Notes: generated from the sequence alone by a model not told the origin. 23,791 bases of DNA from Granulicella sp. (GCA_027339965.1 DAHWNL010000080.1:1-23791); one strand, 5' to 3'. Positions 1 to 8,638 are shown, counted from the first letter of the stretch. Numbers and translations: made by a program.

Positions 1-179
1 CATGCTTTTATACTACAATAAATAAGCTTCCATTAAAAGATTACTATAGACTCTTACATGCCTACATCAATAACCACAAAACAAGATTACTCCTTGCTCT
101 GCAATCACTTACCCTCGATGAGCCGGGGAAGTTCCGCCTGAGACAGCTTTGCGGGGGTAGTCTCTCCAACGGCTCTTTG

Positions 180-212
180 GGGAGTGGGGAGGGAGTGGGG
201 AGGGAGCGGGGA
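180..212. repeat. G-rich 11-bp tandem repeat, (GGGAGYGGGGA)x3
   Basis: GGGAGTGGGGA 180-190, GGGAGTGGGGA 191-201, GGGAGCGGGGA 202-212, read directly. Confidence 0.85.
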
Positions 213-307
213 GATGGATACTCCAGACCCAGGACCAGGGGCGGATTCGCTCGCCAGGTCGGGAATCGCTGACCATGTGGCATGGGGTTCTTGGAAGGGT
301 AAGGAGG

Positions 308-2371
308 TTACGGTCGATTACTCAGCACCGTCTTGCCGCCGTTGACGGCGAATGAGTAGACGGGCGCGTGCGTGGTCAGATTGGCTGCGCGGGCCGCAGG
401 GTGGTAGGTGAGCAGGAAGATGCGGTGGGAGCCGGCCCACAGATGGTCGAGTTGCGCATCATCGAGGAAGATGTTGGGAGCGTCGCGGTAAAAGCTCCCA
501 AACCACGGGCCGTTGCGTCGTCCGTTCACCAGAAGCACCGGAGCTGCCGAGCGCGGGGCGTAAAAGAGGAGCGTAGAGCCTGCGGTCAGTTCTCCGTCGA
601 CGATGACTCGATCGCCGGGCCGGTACTGTGCGTCGATCTTCATCGCCAGGTCTTTGGACCCAAGAATTGGGTAGAAGCGAACCAGGCCCTGATGCGCGGC
701 CAGCAGCACGCCGGTCATGGCGGCGGCGATCAACAAGTTGGCGGCAAGGCTGTGGCGCCGGCGCACGAAGTACGCGATGGGGCCAAGGGTGAACATGCCG
801 AAAGCCACGGCGAGCAGCGGTCCGCGGAAGAATCCCATCGCTCGTCCCGTCAGGTCGAAGATATGCCCCAGCGAGAGGTCGTAGTCACTTGGGTTTGAGC
901 TCAGGAGTTGGTTGAGCGTCGCCCCAGCTTGCGGCGTAGGGGAAGTGAGGGCGAAGTAGCCGCAGATTGCGAAGAGCAGGAGACCGATGGGAACAAGAAA
1001 GTAGATTGCGGATCGCTCCGCTTGCCGCACGGCCAGGCTCTGCTCGATCGTTTCCGCTTGACGCTGCCTGCGGACTTGCTCTGTGCTCTCGGCATCGGCT
1101 TGGGCCAGCAGGCCTGCCACCAGCAGAGCCAAGGCCGGCAGCGCGGGCAGATGATAGTACTCCTGCCTGGAGGAGACAGTGAAGAAGCCCAGGATGACGC
1201 CGGCCCAGAGGAAGCAGCTAAGGGCTGCCTCCTTTGCTCGGTCCGGATCAATGCGATCCATCACCGTCGTAGCGGACAGGTCCAGGTCGGAATCGAAGCG
1301 AAGTTGGCTGCGTTTCGGGCAGGGGCGGAGCGAGCGCCAGGCGTCCTTGAGCGAGGCCGGCAGGAAGGCGACCCAAGGTGCCAGCCAGAGCAGCAGGAGC
1401 GCCCAGAAGATGGGGATGGGGACCTGGCCGTAGTCGTGCGGGATGCGGCGGCCGAGGAATCGGGCGATGTGCTCGTTGTACAGATAAAACCAGGCCCAGC
1501 CGGCGCGCGCAGGAAGACCCACGCCGGCAGGCATCGGGATGGGCGGATTGCGAACCGCGGCCAGAATGTGCCAGGGCGCGGCAAGAACCAGGAACGTAGC
1601 CGTCGAGGCGATCGGGTGAAATCTGCTGAGGAGCTTTAGTCGGCCCGTGAAGGCCAGATAGAGAAGGACAAAGCCAAGAGGGAAGACGATCCCGATAAAT
1701 CCTTTGGTGAGCAAATCGACTGCAGTCACGGCGGCGAAGCCCAGACAAGGGAGCAAAGCGGAGGGTTGGTGAGGGGTCGGGTTGTGGATTCGGTCTTCGA
1801 TCCTGTCCAGAGCGATGAGAAAAAGGTGGATGGAGATGGTCATCCACAGGGCTATCAGAACGTCGGGAATGTAGAAACGGGTATAGAGGTAAGGGCCGAT
1901 ACTGGTGGCCAGGATCAGTGCGGCATACAGGCCGCCGCGGTCGGGATGCTCCGCCGGCGACACGCCGGAGTAGAAACGGATGCCGAGGGCATAGGCGGCC
2001 AGCAGCAAGGCGAGTACGCCCAAGGCCAGGGGCAGACGGCCGGCCCAATCGTGGACCCCGAAAAGATGCATCGAGCCGGCGGCCATCCAGTACATCAGCG
2101 GCGGTTTATCAAAGAAGCGAACTCCGTCCACGGTGGGGGTGATGAAGTCGTGGCGCTGGAGCATCTCGCGGGCTACCTGAATGTAGACGCTATCGACGTC
2201 ATCCAGAAGACCTGGAGTGAACAACCCACCGATCTGGAGGATGGCCCAGACGGCCAAGATGAGGGTCAGCGAGGAGGCACGCCAGCGCCGCCGGCCGGTG
2301 ACGCCCGCGTGGGCGCGCGGGGGCGGGATCTCGGCAATGGGTGCGATCGTGTTGGGCGAGAGGGAGGTCAC
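308..2371 (-). CDS. ArnT-like GT-C glycosyltransferase (L-Ara4N transferase/PMT_2-like), polytopic membrane protein
   Basis: 687-aa ORF with GTG start. Acidic motif after TM1 (LLDDVDSVY), then FFDKPPLMYW, LLTKGFIGIV, APWHILA, YNEHIARF and SRQEYYHLPALP, all typical of ArnT-family proteins. Many hydrophobic segments. Confidence 0.85.
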   Translation of the reverse strand: MTSLSPNTIAPIAEIPPPRAHAGVTGRRRWRASSLTLILAVWAILQIGGLFTPGLLDDVDSVYIQVAREMLQRHDFITPTVDGVRFFDKPPLMYWMAAGSMHLFGVHDWAGRLPLALGVLALLLAAYALGIRFYSGVSPAEHPDRGGLYAALILATSIGPYLYTRFYIPDVLIALWMTISIHLFLIALDRIEDRIHNPTPHQPSALLPCLGFAAVTAVDLLTKGFIGIVFPLGFVLLYLAFTGRLKLLSRFHPIASTATFLVLAAPWHILAAVRNPPIPMPAGVGLPARAGWAWFYLYNEHIARFLGRRIPHDYGQVPIPIFWALLLLWLAPWVAFLPASLKDAWRSLRPCPKRSQLRFDSDLDLSATTVMDRIDPDRAKEAALSCFLWAGVILGFFTVSSRQEYYHLPALPALALLVAGLLAQADAESTEQVRRQRQAETIEQSLAVRQAERSAIYFLVPIGLLLFAICGYFALTSPTPQAGATLNQLLSSNPSDYDLSLGHIFDLTGRAMGFFRGPLLAVAFGMFTLGPIAYFVRRRHSLAANLLIAAAMTGVLLAAHQGLVRFYPILGSKDLAMKIDAQYRPGDRVIVDGELTAGSTLLFYAPRSAAPVLLVNGRRNGPWFGSFYRDAPNIFLDDAQLDHLWAGSHRIFLLTYHPAARAANLTTHAPVYSFAVNGGKTVLSNRP

Positions 2372-2417
2372 GGCTTAGTAGAGTCTCTCCGGGAAGGTGG
2401 GTGGTCGTCCATTACGG

Positions 2418-4403
2418 TCAAGGTTGATGCAGCGGGCGGTCGGTGAGGAGAGCTTTGCCGGATGTCTGCTGCAGGATGATCTGGCGGTTCCCGAGGAGAT
2501 GGTCCACTTGGTTGCGAAGATCAGGCGGGACGAAGAGTAATTTGCGCGGGCCGTGGCCCCACTGGGACAAAAGGTCGGCCGAAGTGAGGAAGATGGGAGG
2601 AGCGTCCGGAAAGGTGCTGCCGAAGTACATGGAGGTGGTTCGGCCGTTCACCAGATCGACGCGGCGGTCGAGATAGAAGGGGATGGAGGAGCCAAAGGAC
2701 TGATCCCCAAAAAGCAGAACGACGTTGTCGCGGGAGATTCGGCCCGAGTCTTCCAGTTGCATGATGGTCCGGGCGAAGTTCGCCGAGGAGAGCATGGGAT
2801 TGAATCGCACGAAGGCGATCTGCGCTGCAATCAGGAATATACCGCCGGCAGCCGCAACGCAGAGAATGGCATGGAAGAGGCGGCCTCGATAATAGAGGAT
2901 CCAGGCGGCGGTCGGACCGAAGAGGAAGGCCGCCATGGCCAGCGAGGCCGGCAGGCGCAAGGCGGCAAAGGACGGGCCGGTGAGATCGAAAAAGTGCGCC
3001 AACGAAAGGGTGTATCCGGCTACGTTGCGGTAGGCCAGTAACTGCCCAATATCCGGGGCGAAGGGGAGGTTTCGCGATGACCAAAGACCGTAGGCAAGCG
3101 CTGCTGCGATGGCCAGGCCGAGCGTTGCGTAGGAGGCGAAGGTGAAGGAGAGCGCACGACGGAGGGTGCGGTCGAGGGAGCCGACGGCTGATTCGATGGA
3201 CGCCAGCGCTGCGCCCAGGAGCATCAGCAGCGGGAGATAGACCGGAAAGGTGTAGTACTCCTGATTGGTGGAGATGGAAAAGAAGACCAGAAGCAGAGCG
3301 CTGAAGGCCAGCGCCAGAAGCACGGTCTGGTCGCGAAAGGAGCTGGCCGTGCGCGAAAAGATCTGGTCCCGCTTGCGCCATGCCACTACCAGAGCCGCGG
3401 GAGCAAACAGACTCCAGGGGAAGAGCCAAACGATGTGCAGGGACCAGTAAAGGTAGCCGGGGAGCTTGTTGTAGTCGCGTGGGATGCGTCGGCCCAGGAA
3501 GCGAAGCACGTGTTCATTGATGAAATAGAACCAGAAGAAACCATGTCCGTTGGCCCCGCCGGTGTTGCGCAGGCCGGCCAGGATGTGCCATGGAGCGGCG
3601 ACGGCCAGGAAGAGCAAAACCCCGCTCAAGGGGCGAAGACGGCGCCACAGAGAGTAGGAGCCGTTCCAGAAAAAGAAGATGATGGCGGCCCCGAAGATCA
3701 GGACAATGGCCACCAGGCCCTTCGTGAGCACGGCCAGGGCTAGAGAGAGCCATGCCCAGTACGGCCAGGCTGAGGGCAGCCCGCCTCTGCCGCACAGCAC
3801 TGCGTCAGGCTCCTCCAGAGAGCGGAGAAAGGCATAAAGGGTGAAGGCCAGGAGTAAAGAGAGAAGAGCGTCCGGGATGAAGACTCGGGTGAAGAGAAAG
3901 ACGCCGGTCGAGGTCAGAATAAAGATGCCGGTGTAGAGCGCTCCGTGCTGGTTCGGGGAAGGGAAGGCTCGCTCAGCCCAGGCATAGCCCAGCAGCGCCA
4001 GACCGAGCACCTCCAGGGCCAAGGGAAAGTGAATAGCGAAGGTGGCGGAGCGCACCGCGCCCATGCTCCTCGCATAGGGTGGACCCAGGGTAAAGAATCT
4101 GAGACAGAGTGCCGTGATCCAGTAAGGCAGGGGTGGCTTTTCCAGGTAGCGGACCCCATCCACGTGCAGAGTGACCAAATCGCCGTTGGCGAGCATGGCT
4201 TGAGCTGCCTGGGCGTGGGTTGAATCGGCGTCATCCAACAGGGGTGGAGTGAAGGCGGCAGAGACGAAGATGGCCAACCAGAGGGCCAACAAGATCAGCA
4301 GGTTGGAGCGGGACCAACGGGCGGACGTAGCCACGGCCCGCCCGGAGGATGAAAGGAACGGTGGCGGGTTTGTGGCACTCGGCGTGGGGTGGATGGCACT
4401 CAT
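2418..4403 (-). CDS. Second ArnT-like GT-C glycosyltransferase, paralog of 308-2371
   Basis: Motifs LLDDADSTH, YLEKPPLPYW, LTKGLVA, APWHILA, INEHVLRFLGRRIP, TNQEYY. ATG at 4403 preferred over the GTG at 4442. Confidence 0.85.
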   Translation of the reverse strand: MSAIHPTPSATNPPPFLSSSGRAVATSARWSRSNLLILLALWLAIFVSAAFTPPLLDDADSTHAQAAQAMLANGDLVTLHVDGVRYLEKPPLPYWITALCLRFFTLGPPYARSMGAVRSATFAIHFPLALEVLGLALLGYAWAERAFPSPNQHGALYTGIFILTSTGVFLFTRVFIPDALLSLLLAFTLYAFLRSLEEPDAVLCGRGGLPSAWPYWAWLSLALAVLTKGLVAIVLIFGAAIIFFFWNGSYSLWRRLRPLSGVLLFLAVAAPWHILAGLRNTGGANGHGFFWFYFINEHVLRFLGRRIPRDYNKLPGYLYWSLHIVWLFPWSLFAPAALVVAWRKRDQIFSRTASSFRDQTVLLALAFSALLLVFFSISTNQEYYTFPVYLPLLMLLGAALASIESAVGSLDRTLRRALSFTFASYATLGLAIAAALAYGLWSSRNLPFAPDIGQLLAYRNVAGYTLSLAHFFDLTGPSFAALRLPASLAMAAFLFGPTAAWILYYRGRLFHAILCVAAAGGIFLIAAQIAFVRFNPMLSSANFARTIMQLEDSGRISRDNVVLLFGDQSFGSSIPFYLDRRVDLVNGRTTSMYFGSTFPDAPPIFLTSADLLSQWGHGPRKLLFVPPDLRNQVDHLLGNRQIILQQTSGKALLTDRPLHQP

Positions 4404-4570
4404 GGTCGTCCGGCAGCCAGGGTGAGGGCTGGTTGCCCACAAAGGGCTATCTTCCCAGCATATCGGAGGTGAGCTAACCCGGGATGCAAGAGGAAGCCAA
4501 ATACGGCGAGAATCCGGAAAGGAAAGCGCCGGTTTTCCACCGCGAGGGTCATGAAAGGATGAGGTCGAAG

Positions 4571-6157
4571 ATGCCTACGTTTGCAGCGATTGACATTGGG
4601 TCAAACTCGGTCCGGCTGGCCATTGCTGCGGTGCAGAAGCACCGCCTGAAGGTGCTCTTTGAAGACCGCGAGGTGACGCGGCTAGGAGCCAGTGTCTTTG
4701 AAACCGGAGTGATCTCGCCGGATGCGATGGCCAACACCATCAAGACGCTAAAGCGCTTTCAGCGCTCCGTGCAGACGCATGTAGTGGACAGGGTGAGGGT
4801 GGTTGCCACCAGCGCGGTCCGGGATGCGCGAAACTCCGAAGCCTTTCGCGCGTGGGTGAAGTCTGCCACGGGATGGACCGTGGAGGTGATCTCCGGGCTG
4901 GAAGAGGGGCGCCTCATCCACCTTGGGATCGTGAATCGCGAGCCGGGAGCGCAAGGGAAGTGTCTGTTGATTGACCTGGGAGGCGGCAGTTGCGAGGTGA
5001 CGGTCTCCGACCACGGACGGATCCAGCAGATGGTCAGCTTGCCGTTGGGCGCGGTGCGTCTGCAGAGCGAGTTTTTAAGGGTAGATCCCCCGGGGAAGCA
5101 GGATATTGCTCGGCTGAGAAAGTTCATCGATCGCGAGCTTGGTCGGGCTGAACGCAAGCTGGGACACCCGAAGGTGAGGTTGGTGATTGCCACCTCAGGC
5201 ACCGCGGCGGCCCTGGCCGAAGCCAGCAATGCCCTGGAACTGGGGTTGGAGCGCAAGGGTGCAAGCGTGATCTCGGGATCCCGGGCGGCCAAGAAGGCGG
5301 CTGTCAAGCGAGTCAAACTGCTGGAGGCGGAGACTCCGGCAGTGCGCAAGATGGCCGACCGTCTGCTCAAGCTGAATCACGCCCAGCGCTCGGCTGTGGT
5401 GGGCATTGGTCCGCGGCGGGCTGAGATCATCGCCGGTGGAGCGCAGGTGTTTGCCGCGTTACTCGAGCGGATGAATCTGAAGGGATACAGGTTCTCGCGG
5501 ATGGGTCTGCGCGACGGCGTGCTGGCGCAGATGCTGGCGGACTCTGACGTGCGTGCCAGTGCCCACCGGACGATGGAGGCTGAGCGCTGGGAGGGCGTGC
5601 TGGAGGTCTGTCGGCGGTACGGGGTAGATCCTCGCAAAGCGGAGCCGGAGCGAGAGCACTGCGTGCAGTTGTTTGATCAGCTACGCGCGGTGCATCGCCT
5701 TCCGGACGAGTATCGGCTGTGGCTGCAGGCGGCGGCGATGATGCGGGAGGTGGGCAAGTATATGAACCACCAGGGCCATCATCGCCATACGCAATACATC
5801 ATCGCGCACTCGGAGATCTTTGGGTTTTCCCCGGCGCAGCGGGCTATCGTGGCGGCCATTGCTCGCTATCTGGGCAAGAGCCGTCCGGAGCCGATGGACC
5901 GGCCAATGCGGTTTGTTCCTGTGGAGGAGCACGGGAACATACAGAGAGCCGTGGTGCTGCTGCGCCTGGCCGAGGCGTTGAACCAGGATCGTGTAACCGC
6001 TGCCGTGAAGGTGAGGACCAGGATCTATGCGAAGCGCGTGGTGCTGGAGTTGATCCCGGCCCGCGGCGGAGCGGAGCTGGAACAGTGGTCGCTCAAGAAG
6101 GAGTCAGGCTACTTCCGCGAGGTCTTTGACCGGGAGCTTTTGGTCGAGGTAGTGTAG
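4571..6157 (+). CDS. ppx: Ppx/GppA exopolyphosphatase / pppGpp phosphohydrolase with C-terminal HD-like domain
   Basis: AAIDIGSNSVRL, VATSAVRDARN, ISGLEEGRL, IDLGGGSCE, SLPLGAVRL, GLRDG. ATG at 4571 follows GAGGT (4561-4565); the ORF track extends it to 4484. Confidence 0.93.
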   Translation: MPTFAAIDIGSNSVRLAIAAVQKHRLKVLFEDREVTRLGASVFETGVISPDAMANTIKTLKRFQRSVQTHVVDRVRVVATSAVRDARNSEAFRAWVKSATGWTVEVISGLEEGRLIHLGIVNREPGAQGKCLLIDLGGGSCEVTVSDHGRIQQMVSLPLGAVRLQSEFLRVDPPGKQDIARLRKFIDRELGRAERKLGHPKVRLVIATSGTAAALAEASNALELGLERKGASVISGSRAAKKAAVKRVKLLEAETPAVRKMADRLLKLNHAQRSAVVGIGPRRAEIIAGGAQVFAALLERMNLKGYRFSRMGLRDGVLAQMLADSDVRASAHRTMEAERWEGVLEVCRRYGVDPRKAEPEREHCVQLFDQLRAVHRLPDEYRLWLQAAAMMREVGKYMNHQGHHRHTQYIIAHSEIFGFSPAQRAIVAAIARYLGKSRPEPMDRPMRFVPVEEHGNIQRAVVLLRLAEALNQDRVTAAVKVRTRIYAKRVVLELIPARGGAELEQWSLKKESGYFREVFDRELLVEVV

Positions 6158-6657
6158 AGCGCCCGGATGATGCGGGGATCCAGCAGCGACTGCAGGACAG
6201 CGCCGTTGCGCTGTAGGGTAACGCGGGCCAGAGAGCCCTTGCGCAAACGGATGCGGGCCGGTTGGGGCTCTGAATCGCTTTGGGCGGCAACGCCCAGCAA
6301 CTGACCAAGGAATTGAGAGATGTTGGGATTGTGGCCCACCATGAGAACGTCTTCCGCGCTGGAGCACTCCCGCAGCAAATGCTGAAACTGGGCGAAGGTG
6401 GCCGACGGCGCCAGAGCGTTCGAGATGACCACCTCCTGCTCGAAGCCGGTCTCCGTGGCGATGAGTTGGGCCGTCTGCAGACTGCGCTTCAGCGGGCTGG
6501 AGACGACCAGATCGAAGTTGACCTTGAGCGCGTTGAGAACATGGGCTAGCTGGAGGCACTGTGCCTTGCCGTCCTTGTCCAGGGGCCTTTTGACATCCAG
6601 GAGCGGATTGGCGCGGCGTGTGCCGGCACTGGCGTGGCGGAGAAGAAAGAGAGTCAT
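6109..6657 (-). CDS. sixA: Phosphohistidine phosphatase SixA (histidine phosphatase superfamily)
   Basis: LFLLRHASA, D-x-x-RPL, SSPLKRSLQTA and VGHNP motifs; 182 aa. AAGGA lies immediately upstream of the ATG. Confidence 0.88.
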   Translation of the reverse strand: MTLFLLRHASAGTRRANPLLDVKRPLDKDGKAQCLQLAHVLNALKVNFDLVVSSPLKRSLQTAQLIATETGFEQEVVISNALAPSATFAQFQHLLRECSSAEDVLMVGHNPNISQFLGQLLGVAAQSDSEPQPARIRLRKGSLARVTLQRNGAVLQSLLDPRIIRALYTTSTKSSRSKTSRK

Positions 6658-6809
6658 TCCTTATGGTGTGATGCTGGCGCGAGTGGAGGCTTGTCGGGGT
6701 GATAGATTTCGGGGGCGGGTTCGGGAAGCGACGGTGGAGCGGGTTCGGGATCCGGCAGCGGATCGTTGAGGGGAGATGAGCGGTCGGGTTGGGGAAACGC
6801 CGGGTCCAT
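6654..6809 (-). CDS. Putative small proline-rich protein (51 aa), translationally coupled to sixA
   Basis: Manual translation MDPAFPQPDRSSPLNDPLPDPEPAPPSLPEPAPEIYHPDKPPLAPASHHKE*, 17/51 Pro. Its TGA overlaps the sixA ATG (ATGA). A TAAGAT -10-like box lies at 6834-6839 (minus). Shorter than anything in the ORF track. Confidence 0.6.
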   Translation of the reverse strand: MDPAFPQPDRSSPLNDPLPDPEPAPPSLPEPAPEIYHPDKPPLAPASHHKE

Positions 6810-7135
6810 GGCGACAACTTTGAATAAGTCACCATCTTAGAATAGTTTTCTCGGCAGGGGCTGTGAATTCTGCATGTGGGGTGGGAGCCGAACCGGCGGC
6901 CGTGAGTGCTGAACTGGAAAACGGCCTTGGGATCAATGAATCGGATTCTACCTTCCGTTGGATGTTCGAGAGCCCCAAGTTGGAGAAAGTGGCTTGAGGA
7001 CTGCGTGTCGTGCGCCGAAGCAGGGTTGAAAAGCGGCTGTCGAAAGAATCTCTCCGAAGCTCCTCGTAAGCACGTTTGTGCGAACGATTCTCCGAAAAGA
7101 AGTTGTGCGCATTGAGAGCCAGATCCAAGCCGGAC

Positions 7136-7487
7136 TTGAGCACGAAGATCCCTGCCAGGCGATATCGCGGTAAACAATCGAAGACGGGCAACTCCTCAGG
7201 CTTCCGCTTCGAGGGAGCCCTTTTCAAAAGCCATCCCGAGTTCAACGGGCAGGTCACGGCTTGCGTGCTCGCGTCCGGTCGGTTACTCGTCACAGCGGCT
7301 GCTCCGTCACTGGACGAGAGCGACCCAGCCATGGAAGCCTTCCTCGCGTTTCTCTCACAGGACGTTGCGACCGCTCCCCAACGGATTGTGTCGCTGGAGG
7401 AGACTCTGGCCGCGCAGATGGACGCATCGGTCGATGGAGTGGAGGTCTCCCTCTCGGAGGATCCTGGAGACGAAGGCGATCCTGTAG
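7136..7487 (+). pseudogene. prlF: PrlF/SohA-like type II antitoxin with apparent +1 frameshift near its C-terminus
   Basis: AbrB-like N-terminus (SKTGNSSGFRF) and PrlF-like DPAMEAFLAFLSQD core, directly upstream of a YhaV-like toxin. Removing one G from GAAGGCG (7472-7478) gives ...DEAIL-TAG(7485-7487) abutting the toxin ATG. As given, the frame runs on to 7693. TTG start at 7136 is tentative. Confidence 0.65.
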
Positions 7488-7910
7488 ATGGTTGCGAATG
7501 GTTGGAAGCTGTATGTCCATCCCCTGTTCCACGATCAGATCGTTCGCCTGAAGGAGCAGGTCGACGAGCTGGCAAAGAAGAGTCCTTCCAGCGACAAGGA
7601 AGAGCCGGCCACCAAGCTCCTGGCAACCATCGATTGCTACATCTGGGAGGTCATTCCGCGCGATCCGGACTCGCCGGATTTTCGCCACGGTAACGCCCTG
7701 GGAAAAGATAATCGGCACGGGCTCCGCGCCAAGTTCCATGAACGGTATCGTCATTTTTACAGATTCTCGACCAGAGAAAAGGTCATTGTTTATGTTTGGG
7801 TGAATGACGAGAGAACGCTTCGGAAGGCGGGTTCAAAAGCCGATCCTTATAGCGTCTTCCGCGGAATGCTTGGGCCGGCGACCCACCAAGCAGTGTGGAT
7901 GAGCTATTGA
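7488..7910 (+). CDS. yhaV: YhaV-family (RelE superfamily) toxin, C-terminus apparently frameshifted
   Basis: NGWKLYVHPLF, IPRDP..FRHGNALG, RAKF..RYR.FYRF, KVIVYVWVNDERTLRKAGSKADPYSVF are YhaV-like. The expected GDPPSSVDELL tail is present but in another frame from about 7874. Confidence 0.85.
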   Translation: MVANGWKLYVHPLFHDQIVRLKEQVDELAKKSPSSDKEEPATKLLATIDCYIWEVIPRDPDSPDFRHGNALGKDNRHGLRAKFHERYRHFYRFSTREKVIVYVWVNDERTLRKAGSKADPYSVFRGMLGPATHQAVWMSY

Positions 7911-7960
7911 AGCGAGCCAGGGAGTTAGGCGCCTACGAGCAAACTCCGGCGCTGATCTGC

Positions 7961-8638
7961 CTACGAACATGCCTTATAAAGGGCCAGTCCGAGGTCGGTC
8001 ACGGTCATGATGTCATAGAGCACGCTACCATCCAAGCCGCCGCCAGGCATGGCACACCCCAGGCGGGCGAGATTCGCAAGCGAGATGCCGAGTTCAGGGG
8101 GGATGGCTCGGCCTCCCCGAAAATGGTTTGAGTACGGCTCGGCAGAGTCCGGCAGGCCTGCCGTCATCAAAGTGCAATGTTTCCCATGCGGCATCGCCAA
8201 GGTGACTTTCGCCATCCCTGCAAGGTTCTTTACGTCCAAGGCCGACATCCCTCGCAGGATCTCGACATACGCCGTCCGCAATTCCATCTCAGTCGTCTTG
8301 TCTCCGGCATTCACCAGGAGCCGCGCCCAGACTTCCTGCAGGTCGTCGTCTTCTTCGAACGCGGCTGTCGTTAGTAGGGGTAACACGAAGTTTAGCGGCA
8401 GTTCCCGGGTCGGCTGGTCCAATCCTCGGGCTTTCATGATAGCGTTTGCCTTTTCCATAAACGCTAGTTGCAGTCCCCACCGCGCGAACTTCAGGCGGTC
8501 CTCAAGCAACCCCGCCAGCTCCACTACAGGGCCTTTGATGACGCGGCCACAACTGGCCACGAGTTCGAGCGTCTTTTTGCCCGTCTCTGCAAGCGAACGC
8601 GTGGCATCTGCTACCTTGTCAAGCGTATCCGGCTCCAT
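7961..8638 (-). CDS. Abi-alpha (DUF4393) family protein, predicted abortive-infection/defence protein
   Basis: PLNFVLPLLTTAAFEEDDDLQEVWARLLVNA...AYVEILRGMSALD, LANLARLG and VTDLG match my recollection of the family pattern. GGAG SD at 8648-8651 and TATGAT -10-like box at 8659-8664 (minus). Confidence 0.75.
   Translation of the reverse strand: MEPDTLDKVADATRSLAETGKKTLELVASCGRVIKGPVVELAGLLEDRLKFARWGLQLAFMEKANAIMKARGLDQPTRELPLNFVLPLLTTAAFEEDDDLQEVWARLLVNAGDKTTEMELRTAYVEILRGMSALDVKNLAGMAKVTLAMPHGKHCTLMTAGLPDSAEPYSNHFRGGRAIPPELGISLANLARLGCAMPGGGLDGSVLYDIMTVTDLGLALYKACS

Noticed and set aside
368..4234. Many long antisense and alternate-frame ORFs over the ArnT-like genes (and similarly 8839-9825, 11477-12895, 20784-21587)
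   Set aside because: Shadow ORFs expected in high-GC coding DNA; no motifs, and they overlap well-supported genes.
6715..6795. GCGGGTTCGGGA-like repeats as a CRISPR array or iterons
   Set aside because: Only 12 bp with irregular spacing; better explained by PEP/PQP codons of the small ORF.
6104..7177. 357-aa minus-strand ORF spanning sixA
   Set aside because: Off-frame to sixA and to the 51-aa ORF, low-complexity, no recognisable domain.
7895..8131. 78-aa ORF MDELLKRAREL...
   Set aside because: Its start is the displaced YhaV tail and the rest is antisense to the Abi-alpha-like gene.
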